From assembly GCA_964247055.1 (NCBI GenBank), contig OZ176051.1, forward strand, positions 13,702,001 through 13,766,000: a DNA stretch of 64,000 bases, read 5' to 3'. Shown here in pieces: positions 40,070-51,701 of this stretch (its first letter is position 1; each line of letters opens with the position of its first letter). The DNA is from Paragordius varius. Lineage: Eukaryota; Animalia; Nematomorpha. A program made the translations under genes and the position numbers. A model generated the notes under the pieces. That model was not told the origin of the DNA. It made no database searches and worked only from the letters and a program-made list of their open reading frames with translations.

Positions 40070-42520
40070 CACAATTGGAAATGTTAAAATCGCGCAAACT
40101 CCGCCTCCGTAACAAATAGATTTAGTAGCGAACAAAATGAGCAAGCATAAAATTATCATACTCGGAATTACTGATTCACACAATTTATCTTCCGAAAATT
40201 TAGCAATCATATATCTGGCCATATTTTGTTAAGATACAACGGTGTCGGTATAATAATGAATAAAAAGCCAGTTAATTTATATGACATTTTTAATCCAATC
40301 TATGAATGTATAATAGCTATCCGCATACAAACAACCCTCAACCCATAACTATCATGCAAATTCACGCCCCTACATCCTCTAACAGCGATGACATCTGTGA
40401 ATACAGTGATACCGACTTGGCGATTTCCCAAACATTAAAAAAAGATATATTTATCTAAGGCGAGTTCAATTGTATATATGCGTAGACCATTTCCTTTGAC
40501 TGGTGGCAAGGGCTTGGGCACAAAAAACGAGAGAGAAGATAGATTGATCGAATTCTGTTTTAATCATCGTTTTTTCGTCTCAAACACCTTTTTTCAGACA
40601 CATGGCGTTTCCCGCAGAGATACCGTAATCAAATTGACTTGGGGTATGGTAAAATATATAAGATTCTTTCTTAATGTTAAATGCCTGCCAGGATCCGATT
40701 GCTACGGCAACCACAACCTGTTTATCGTTTAACTCTGCATTATAATACAACTTCCCCTAATCCAAACTCTCTAGAACAAAATTAGATTATGACACAATCG
40801 ACGACAAGTTTAGCACCGCTTTACTAAATCGTTTCAAGTGAACGCGATTCAAATAATTTGCAGAGATACACCCGACGAATTTATAAAGTCTCACCATACT
40901 AAACATTGCCAGAAAGTTTTTAAATCGCAAAAAACTAGAGAAGCCAAAATCAAATGCAATTGGGATGACTACAAACAACTAAACAACGAATAAAAGCGTG
41001 CAAGAGAGGACAAAAATATTTATTACGACCAACTGTGCGAAAAGTTAGAAAAAAACACCAAAAATAACCGTAACCATTTTGATAAAAAGAGTATTCTCAC
41101 AAAGACTTACTACAAGGCTCCTATGAGAAACGAGAAAAACGCAATCATCACCGAAAAAGACGAAATCCGCAAACTTTGGCTTAATCAAATAAGAAACGGC
41201 ATAAATAACTCTAAGATTGTCAACGAACCTACTCAAGAGAAAGACCCACCTATAATGAAAGATGAAGTTGAATATGCTATAAAATACTCTAGTATCGGCG
41301 AATCGGAGGGTAACAGAGAGATCCCTACTGAAATAATAAAATATATTCCGATCGATATACTTACCAAATTATTTTAAAATATATTTGTGGAAATAATTCC
41401 TGATGATTTGTGTATATCAATTATGATTATTTTAAAACAAGGTAAATTAGAATTGTGCGACAACTATCCCACCATATCGCTCATTAACCAGGTCTCCAAA
41501 GTATTATAAGAATAATACAGATTCGACTAAATACTATTTTTGATCCCGAGATATCCACGATTCAGGCTGGTTTTCGAAAAGGAAGAGGATGCCGAGATAT
41601 AATATGCAATATGAGATGGTACTAGAGAAACATATAGCAACAAAGAATTTCACACGTGCTTTGTCGATTTATCCAAAGCATTTGATTCCATTCAACACAT
41701 TAATTATAAACATCCCTAAATCACTTGGAGTATCTATCCATTTAATCAACGAATACTCTAAATTAACCTATATTCTACGGCAGTAGTATCTACACCTCAT
41801 AGTATAAATGATTCATCTAAGGCGCTAGTCGGCTTACGCCACGGCTGTGTTTAATCCCCAATTCCTTTTAACGCCTATCTCAAATGCATACTAAGAAATA
41901 TGCCACAAATCTGGCATAAACATAGGAGGTAACTTGCTCACATCCGTTCATTAAGCAAATGACCCAGTATTTGCGGACAGTATCGACACCTATCGCAAGT
42001 TCTGCAATTTTTTACAACTGAATGCGATAAAAACGGTTTAAAAAACTTTAAAAAAGCAAAAATACAATCAACCTGGCTCATACAACCAACTGCATAATCC
42101 TCAACGGAAATCAGATTGAAACCGTAAACAGTTGCACGTATATAAGCAGTATTATATACAATGACAGGAACTTTACTCCAGATATAAAACGAAGAATGGC
42201 CATTGTGAAAGCTGCAAAAACCAAAATCAGATTAATTAAGGCATTGTTATTCCTCATAACTATATGTGCGCGAAAGCTGGACACTGAAAAAAAATGACGA
42301 ACGATTATACTTCGAACTATTAAATTCCTAACTCCCAATAAAATCAATCCTGAATGGTCTCTACTTGGCCACTAATGCGCGAAAAACTCTCCTATTTTGG
42401 CCACATTATGAGATCCAATTCACTCGAAAATCACTGATGCTGAAAAAAGTTACTATAGGGAGCGATTACCATAAAAGTGAGATTAAATGTAAGGAATCAA
42501 AAAAGCATCATAAGAATCTT
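40070..42520 (+). mobile_element. Decayed non-LTR retrotransposon, RTE clade (APE endonuclease + RT)
   Basis: Frameshifted remnants: NGVGIIMNKK; TIMQIHAPTS; GLGTKNEREDRLIEFCFNHRFFVSNTFFQ; KDEVEYAIK..IPTEIIK; NYPTISLINQVSKV; IQAGFRKGRGCRD; CFVDLSKAFDSIQH; GLRHGCV*SP..FNAY. Confidence 0.88.
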
Positions 42521-42528
42521 GATACGTT

Positions 42529-42903
42529 TAGTGGCGTAGCGAGCATTTGCGGCGCCTGGGACATAAAACTTTTATGGCGCCCCTACCCCCTTATTTTTAA
42601 TAGCCAAAAAAACAATTTAGTAAAAAAGAATACAAACGTTGTAACCTAAACACCATTGATAAGACAGCACAGTCATATAAAATCTATTAAATATATATAT
42701 TTATATGATACTAAATTTATTCAATAGTACTAATTAGGTGAATAATAGAATATATATTATAGGGACTATTACCTAAATTGCTGAAAAATCTCATTTAAAA
42801 GTTATTATTATTTTTGCATAATTAAAATTTAATTGTAAAAAATCATTTAGGCGCCCCCGGCGTCCGGGGCATGCACCCCCTTGCCCCCCTCGGTACGCCC
42901 CTG
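42529..42903. mobile_element. hAT MITE (375 bp) with perfect TSD
   Basis: TIR TAGTGGCGTAGC...GGTACGCCCCTG; perfect 8-bp TSD GATACGTT (42521-42528 and 42904-42911); GC-rich ends. Confidence 0.9.
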
Positions 42904-43395
42904 GATACGTTTTATCTCATCAGATATTTATTTGGAAAATCCGATTTTGTCACAGATGTGTGTGATACATATTAAACGTGTTTTACATAAATAATTATAA
43001 TATTTAGTATATACTGCGATATATGTATTTTAAATTAACTTAAAATTTTTAGCCATTTTATATTTATTAGTTGCTGAAAATATGTTTGGGTTTTATCGCG
43101 TTTACATTTATAATGGCCCTCATTCGTTTACTTAAAGCTGATTATTTTTTAAAATATTGATTAGCCGGAATCGACGACATAGGCATATAATGTAAATTAT
43201 TTATTGCAGATATTTAGAATATGAAAAAAGGTATATTATATTACTCATAATGCTAATTGAATAGACACATAACATTATGAACATCAAAACCATTATTGTT
43301 ATGAATAATAAACTCAGCCAAATAAATTTTGAGATTGTGGTGTAGAGAATCTGACAATAACAATTCAATATATTTTATTCATTGATATATGATGT

Positions 43396-43417
43396 GTGTT
43401 GTGTGTGTGTGTGTGTG
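43396..43417. repeat. Short (TG)n microsatellite
   Basis: tgtgtgttgtgtgtgtgtgtgtgtgc. Confidence 0.85.
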
Positions 43418-44667
43418 CGGGTGTAAGTAGAACTATGGCCCATTGTATAATATAGCTAAAATATATGAATAAATATAAATTCACCTCAATATTATACCTT
43501 ATCTTTGGACTTTTTGTCCTAGTTTACCTTTTAAGCTAGTTTTATATCCCAGAGCTCAATTATACAAATAAATTTTAAACATTTCATTATCAAACATTGT
43601 CATGTATTAAATAAAAAAACACGATTAAAATGACCAACTAATATTAAAATCAAAATACATCTATTTTTTCTGGTAAGCCTGAAAGCCTTTTGATTATTTA
43701 CGTTTTCTAACCACAGTTGCATTAGTGATTTAAAAGGAAAAAAATGGCGGTAAACAGGTTTGACCTTAAGATTTTTTTACAATTTTAAATTTTATAAAAA
43801 AATTAATGATGCGCCTAAGAGACTAAAGATATTTTTAAATTCGGCCTAATATCTTATATACTTTTTAAGATATTCGAATTTCATCTCGCTCTGGGGTATA
43901 AAACATTTTGTACAATAACTATCTCACGGAATAGTTTCAAATTAACCTTTTAATTTAGTGTTTATATCGTGATCGATAAAAAATATAATGATAGGATTTA
44001 TTCTCTTCAGGTAGTTTCAGAAAATTAAAATAAAATAAATTTTAAATTATTCGTATTTTTTAATAAAAAACCTATCGGTTTTAGGTTACTTATCAAACAA
44101 CAATACGAGATTCATTAAGATAATTAAGACTAGAGTTATTTCCTATATAAACTGATAATATATGCAAATATCTAATTTTAATATTTCCAAGTTAAAATAT
44201 TTGTTTGTTAAAAATTCATCATTAAACCAATAAAATTATACTAAATGAATGTTTTATATATGGGAGTTTTGGTATATTATGGGCCTAAAAATTGATTAAT
44301 CGCAATCCTACTCCATATATTTAAAATATTTTGGCATAAAATTAATGATCTAAACAAATAACTGTTAATATATATTATTATTAAATTACCATTTACAGTG
44401 AAAAACGTAGTTTTCCAATCTTTGTATTTTTGGCTGTGTATTAAAGCCAATTTTGAGGAGTAACTATTTATTTTTTTTATCCAAATGGTAAAAATATTTC
44501 ATGGATAATACTGACCTTTTCTAAAATGTTTTTTTAAATTTATTATACTAAATTTTCACCCCCAAATTTCCTATTCTGAAAGCGTGTGATTATTTCTATC
44601 CTAAAAAACTTATTAACCCTTAATTTGGCACAGTATTATATATAATATATATATATGTATATTAGAG

Positions 44668-47600
44668 CTAATTTAATATAAGATTAGGGCTGATTGTAAA
44701 AAGCCCAATATATTCTATTAAAAAATAATGACATATAATTTTTATATTACCAATAATGCAAGAATTCATCAGGTTGACTAGAAAGGCACCGAAAAGTCCC
44801 TTAAGGGCAATTTTACTGATGTCAGAACGTTTGGAAGGGGCTAAATGACTCAATGTTCCGAATTGGCAACCGATTGAACCAAAATTTGTAAATCCACATA
44901 AGGCATAAGTTGTAATCACCAAAGCTCTGGGCTATTTTTATAAATAAACATTAATGTTTGTAATTTAAGAATCAAAAGTTAAAATGCTTTATATATTACT
45001 GAGAATTGATCTCTGAACTTGTCCAAATCCACATAAGCTAAAAATTCGTTAGCAACTAATTTTTTCCCGAGCAATCGGCCGACTAGGGATAATTCTGGGA
45101 TGGGGATACCAATTAACCAAACTATGGGTAGGAATACGTACGACAAAAGACCCTATAATTAAACCATACAAATACACATTATACTTAAATAATAATTTTC
45201 TTAAAACTTAAATAAAAAATTTGTTCGTAAGTAATGTGTTCTTTACCTCAAAATTTAAGTAACCGTAACCAGCGTGCCCAAAAAACCAAGAGAACATATT
45301 ATTGAGCAATGTTAAAATGGAGATGAAGACAATCATATTAGCCAAAATACTGCCGACTAATGGAACGGCAGCCATAGCGCCATTGGAAAAGGCTTCAATA
45401 ATATTCTTTTCTGTCCTAAAAGGTTTAAACATATAATAATAAATATTTTGTAACTTGTTAAGTACCTTATATATTGTATTAGTGCATGTTTCTAAAGGTT
45501 TTTTTTAAAAAGCTGATAATTAATAATATTATGTTAAATCAACCTGCGGGCCGCATGCGACTGTCCGAGGAAAAGAAAAATTGAGAATTTACAAATAAAT
45601 AGCAAATTACATAAATAGACAATTTGAAACTCTGCTATCCAAATTTGGCAATAAATTTAATATATAATAAATAATTTATATGGTGTTTGATACTTTTACA
45701 GTTTTTTGTGTATATAAAATATTTATTCTAGCCCATATTTTTTTAATGACGCCCACCGGATTTCGAAAATGCTGCCCTCGAATTTGTGTTGAGCACCCCT
45801 AGTTCAAAGGTTGGTAGATACGGCTTGGTCAAATAGAATCTCATTCCGTTTGCCAACCCTAATTAAGGTTTGTTTTGATTTGTTTAACAGCTTCTTTCTT
45901 TATAATGCACTTTACAAAATCTTTCCTTTAATGTTGGCCAATTGGCATTTTTATTGGTCATAAGTTGATAGACTATTGTTTATTACAATGTCCATGTTTA
46001 GAATAGCACAACGTTGAAAAGGGGGATAATTGCATAATTTGATTTCATATTAATCTATTACCAGTTGGCCAACTCTTAGGTGGGTACTTCTGTTTAAAGT
46101 ATGTATTTTAAGCCTTCTTACATTATCAGATGCATAATATTTGGAAAATTAATCTATATTGTTTTATCTCTGCTTATTAATAACACACACAATAAATACC
46201 CTTTCTTGATCCCAACATTATTTTCTTCAATGACCGGATTCTCCATTTCAGGCAACAATATTTTGGACATGTAAAGCGATGCAGGAGCAGCCATTATGTT
46301 TGCATTAATGAGACTAATAGAATCTATCTAAAATTAGGTGTTAATTATATAGTGATTCAGATAATTTAAATTTTGTTTAGAGAGCTAGATCAAAATGAAA
46401 TATCTTACCCCAAAAGTTAAATAGAGTGCATAATTAGTTCCGGATATGGTGGACATTCCAGACATGACAACAGATTGCATTTCGGACAATGTGAGGTCAG
46501 CGATATAATCCTTAAAAAGCATCAGTGCTTCTACCTTTATTCGAATAAATATGAGTTTTCGGTTTATTGGGATTAAATTAGTATGAAACATTTAAATATA
46601 TGACAAGACAATATATATTTAATTTTAAGAGAGTATTCTATATATGCTTACTTGCCCGAGAAATATGTTGCTGATAGCACAAAGAGACTCGATTTTAGAG
46701 GTTTGCATAGAGTATCTGAAAATGAAGGATCCATGTTTAATGACCCATTCTAATATTCCCAAATACAGGGCTACGGATATTAGTGCACTCAAGAAAATTA
46801 CAACTGGCATCGCCTGCATAAGATATTCAAAAAATTGTAAAAAATATATATATATATAATGCGACAACTTTTATAATAATTATTTTTTTGGATAAAGGGG
46901 AGGATGGGCTATAAACAAAACCAAAGTATGTCAAAATAAGTGAACGCGTGAAAAAACTGCTATAGGTTAAATTATAAAAAAACCAGTAAACTAAAAAATC
47001 ATTTGTATGTGTTTTATAGGACCTAAGAAAAATTCCATTGTGTTTATTTTTATATTAATTGCCATCTAAAAGGATCAACGCAAGACATATCGTATAAATT
47101 CTTAATTTAATTTAAAACCTCTGTTTTTTACCCTTTTACACACTTGTTATTTCTGATTCCTTTAGTATACCCTTTTTTACCTGCCCAGAATTTATTTATA
47201 TAGGATTTTATATTTAAAACATAAATATATGAAAATTTAGACCTCCAAAGGATAAATAAATGCTTAACAAACTATTTTATCGAAGAAAATGAAGGCAAAA
47301 TTTAAAAGAGTTAAGTTGATATGAGGGCATGGACTCTGAAAAGTGTGCCAATTAAAATATTAAAAATATTCGTATTTATCTATCTATAAGTGCACAAAAT
47401 CATGATAAAATATATGTAATGAATGCATTATGTTGCTTTTGGTTTGGGCCTTACGGATCAATTTAAAAAAAATCTCCGCTTGTGTGGTAATTGCTACACA
47501 TCAGAAAATCGTAAAATATGCACACATTATAAATTTTTTGGTGAAAGTTAACGCTTCATTCCAAAAAGTAACATCAAAATATATCACAAACACTATTTGA

Positions 47601-50600
47601 TAAACAAAACAATTATTTAATTTTTATTTTTGAGTGTAGGGTCCAACTTAAATTTTTGTATCCTCTAAAATGGACCATTTTTCTAAAAAACAAAATGTGA
47701 GAATTCGCGATAAATTTAAGATGTTTGTAACATCATAAAAAAATATGTTTTAAAAAATGCCACTTTGTGTAATTTTATGCAAAATTTGTTGAGGCGAACT
47801 TAATGATATTTTAAAGGTGGATGAAAACGATATAAACGGTTTAAGATAAAAAAACCATTTTTCTATATAATTCGAGGATGCCGAGTATACCCTCACTTTG
47901 ATTAAAACATTCGTTTTTCTGAAGACTTCTGTGAAATTATTTTTTTTAAAAATTTGCCGAAATTACAAAGCACTTGGTATTCTGGGGATCGCAATGTTCA
48001 GCATCTTTAAATTATATAAAAAAGGTTTTTATATAATATTTTGGAGCGTTTTGATATTATATAGCTTGAAATACGCTTCCACGAAATTAAAAAATTGGTG
48101 AACAAATTATTTATTTTTTAAAAAATAATTTGATGCCATCTAGTATATATATTAATCGCGAAACGTCGGCATTCCTGCATTTTTCTAAGAGAAGAATTAA
48201 TGGGTATTTATAATATTGGAATAAAGCATTTAGCTTTTACACAAAAAGTTATTTGGCAAAACATCCACTTCGTCATGTGGTATAATATAGCAATTACCAC
48301 AAAAGTTAATATTTTATATGACTCGTAAGGCCAAAAACCAAAAAACCATGATAATAATTTTCGTTTGCACTAAGCCTACAACAGGGCATGAAATTCCGGG
48401 GGTACATGATAAAATATCCATAGTTTGTTACATAAATGCATCAGGTTTCTGATGGTGCTCTTGGATCTTTTCAAGAAAGTTATTAACATTTTGGCATTTG
48501 TAACATAAAATGGCAAATTTTCGCACATTTGGTTAATAAAAACATTTTGGTGATGAATGCTGAATGCGTATTTTAAAAATTGAAATCACATATATTTTAA
48601 AAAGCAACAATTTTATTACATAATTATTAATATTTAAATCTAGGCTCCGAGATTTTTGTCTCTCAAATAAACTGGTTAAGTAAACGCAAAATAACATTTC
48701 GAGAATTTTAAAATATGATCATGATATCAAAAATTATTTTTATATAAAACTTTATTTTAAAACTTATTTTTAATTTTATGAACCGTTTTTATGTGTAGCA
48801 TGGTCAAAACAGTAGCAAAATACTATAAGATATTATGAAAAATATCCATCTTTAAATTCAATGATGATAAATATTTTCTCACCCAGATCGATTAACATTT
48901 TTTAAATTTTAGTCTAATATATATTATCAAATTGAAGACCGCTTCAATTAAAATTTGCAGGTAAAAAAGTTAGTTTTTATACTGTATAGAAGTGTTTATA
49001 TGATAAAAATTTAATTAGAATTATATGATTAAAAATATTTTTTTTGATGCATAAGAATTTTTTATTATATGTGCGCTAATTCTGCTCTGTTAGAATAGTA
49101 ATACCAAATTAACCTTATTATATTAACTTGTAAACCCTTAAACTAAAAGTAACATGAAAATCGCGATACATTTTTCAGTAAAAATATATTTATTTCATTG
49201 GGAAATTTTTTGGATGCATATATAATTAGGCTGTATATATTTGGTTTATATTTAATAATGACACCGATCCCCAAAACCGTTTAAAATAGAATAGTCTGGT
49301 TGTAAACTTTGATTAGTTAATATCTTGTTGTTTTTATAATTACATGAAAATATATAATAATAATTTATTAGTTAATAATGATAAGAGACGACCTTTAACT
49401 GTTAGTGTTGCAGCGTAAATCTTATATATAAATACATAATTAATATTATATATATATACATATATAAATCAGATTGTCTTCAACAGTAAATTATATATTT
49501 GTGACAATCTTCAAAAAATGAGAAAACCCCTGCAAGACATAGTGTCTCATCATTATAAAATGATTGATAAAAAGCATTCTCTTAAATATTACTTGTCAAA
49601 TAATGAACCTTTTTAACCCAAGCATAAGCTGTATAATATTTTATATTTTAGTAATATATTAATAAGTACAAATGTAAGGGAAAACCCATTAATTTACTTA
49701 TCCTGAAGGCTTAATATAATGAATATCATCCCATAATAGAATATAGCGTTTTAAAAGTTAGGCTTTTTTTTAAAGAACAACAACCAAATATATATATTTT
49801 TGAAGTCGAATATTTAAGCATTTCGTATTAATGACTATAGACTGAGAAATGTATTAGGACAATTTTTCATATTGTAATTTTTTATACATAAAATTATTTT
49901 TAATATGTCTTTTTTATAAGTATCATTGTTATGAATATTTTTGGCCACCTAAGGTAAAATAAATTATTTATATTATTAATATTTTTGCATATTTTAAATT
50001 TTTTAGGCCTTGCCAATTTCATAAACATATAGTGTCGACAATTTTATACGTACAAAATCACTATTATTATAAATATATTTACTATTTGCCTAAAATCTGA
50101 AGATATAGATTATATTTTTAGCAACAAATTAAAAGATTGATTATATATATTTTATATATATTTTTATTAGTGACATAAAAATGGGGGAGTGGCCTTTAAG
50201 GCTGTCGATGATATTAAGAGGTAGGCCTAATGGACTATATTTGTTAAGAAGTCAATGTGCCCAAATTTTAACAATTGATGAACATAGATCCAAAGTATAT
50301 TAATTAAATAAAAGGTCTTTCAATTCAATTAGTGCTTATTTGACCAATAAAACGCCATATATTATACCTTAAATGCATAATTATGATCTTTGAAATTGTC
50401 TCCGAAACAAAAGCGGGCCCCCTCATCAACGGTCGTCATGAGCTGATCCATTTTTTCCCCAATGTATTGAAAGGCTTGGCTCCCGAACCCAAGCTTATAA
50501 ACGCATTCAGCCGCAGAAATTTGAATCACAATACCAGTTATGACCGTTCTCCAGTTTATCTGTATTAAACATATAACTGATAACTCTGTTCAATAAATTA

Positions 50601-51701
50601 AGCGATAATTAATAGTTTTTTAAGCAAAAATGTCATTTACAGAATACAGTTAGGGCACCTTAAAAACTTATCTTATATCAACTTTTTTAAAAATATATAA
50701 CACAATGATCTCGTAGATTTTCGTGATTCCCTAAATGGGGATGTAAGGTTTGAGGAGCGTAGGAATAGAAAAATTAATAATTTCATACTTGTTAAATACA
50801 GATTAATTAAACCTTTTTAACGTTCCTTGAAAAAACTATGCCTAAAGCAATCATAAAGAAAAAGCCTATCATTGGTGGAGCCTTGCTTTTTGGGTTGAGA
50901 TAAACTTCGTAGCCAAGGTGAGCCATTAAAGCTAAGAAACATGGAACATAGAAGTACCTTGAATCAGGGACGTGTGAGAATAAAATAAAATATAATTATG
51001 GAATTAAAATTTCTATAAAAAATAGCTTTTACTACTTACTGTAAAGCGATTTGTATGCAATTTCGTTTCCGCCGGTCAACAGAATCTCGATCGGTAGCAA
51101 CCATCATGTCAAGAGATCGGTCGGAGTCACTTCGTTTTTGGCAAAAGCAGCGTTTAATTTTGCCACACAATCGTAGAAAATGTTTATTTTTTGTAGTTTT
51201 ATAGATGACAACAAGTGAGGTCAGTACTATAAGATCGCGACTTTTTTCAACGCTTAGGAAAAGGGCATACCCAAAGTAAGCAAAATATGCAATAATTAAA
51301 ATAGATTTTATGCAATATGATCCGTAACGTTTAAACCACCAACATGCTCGTTTAAGGCGATGAAAAATTCCCAAATCGTGTAAAATTTCGGTTTCATCAA
51401 TGTCTCCCTGTCTGTTTCTCTTAAAATTTTTTTCGTTGATGGACCCGTTGTCCTTTTTGTAGGCTAAAAAATTTGTTTCACTATCCAAATATATTTTATC
51501 GTTAAGTTCCATCCTAATATCATTTAGTTTGCGATGATGAGTTGCGTTTTTATCGTTTTTACCCATACAACAAGATTCATTCGATTTTTGAGTTGTATCT
51601 TGACCAAGGTTATTTGGTGTCATTTCCATGAATTCAGTGTTTACATTCTCATTATGAATGGGTATAGTGATATTACATTCAGAACCCCTGTTTTTCCCCA
51701 T
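44668..51701 (-). CDS. SLC28A3: Concentrative Na+/nucleoside cotransporter (SLC28/CNT family)
   Basis: Phase-consistent GT-AG exons: 51701-51040 (ATG; N-terminus and first TMs), 50957-50813, 50559-50368 (INWRTVITGIVIQ..GARFCFG), 46813-46652 (AMPVVIFLSALISVALYLG..SNIFLGQ), 46534-46409 (VEA..MSTISG), 46327-46200 (IMAAPASL..PE), 45415-45247 (NIIEAFSNGA..IVFISIL), 45152-45000 (KLVANEFLAY), 44931-44751 (TYALCGFTNFGSIG..LAPSKR). The terminal exon is uncertain; the local stop is at 44668. An acceptor at 51730 implies a non-coding upstream exon. The symbol is family-level only. Confidence 0.94.
45540..45801. mobile_element. hAT (Charlie-like) MITE remnant in a CNT intron
   Basis: cctgcgggccgcatgcg subterminal motif and right end gttgagcacccccta-like TIR; left TIR missing. 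Confidence 0.6.
47390..48440. repeat. Diverged ~1-kb foldback element (family B) in the large CNT intron
   Basis: gcttttggtttgggccttacgga..tgtggtaattgcta at about 47435-47495 is mirrored by tagcaattaccacaaaag..actcgtaaggccaaaaaccaaaa at about 48288-48345; related pieces at about 27700, 30300, 39400 and 56500. Confidence 0.55.

Larger units (their letters stand above)
39600..43690 (+). repeat. Two copies of a ~300-bp dispersed repeat (about 39600-39910 and 43440-43690)
   Basis: Shared ttttgtcctagttta.ctttt..gct.agt..cagag.tcaa..t..aaataaatt and tttttctggtaa..gcctgaaagc.tt in the same orientation. Confidence 0.65.

Noticed and set aside
39600-43690. Direct repeats flanking the RTE as a possible LTR pair
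   Set aside because: No TG..CA ends, PBS, PPT or TSD; the enclosed element is non-LTR and the copies are diverged dispersed repeats.
47898-48101. 67-aa hydrophobic plus-strand ORF in the CNT intron
   Set aside because: It lies in the centre of a foldback repeat, has AT-driven F/I/K/L composition and a non-ATG start, and shows no CNT similarity.
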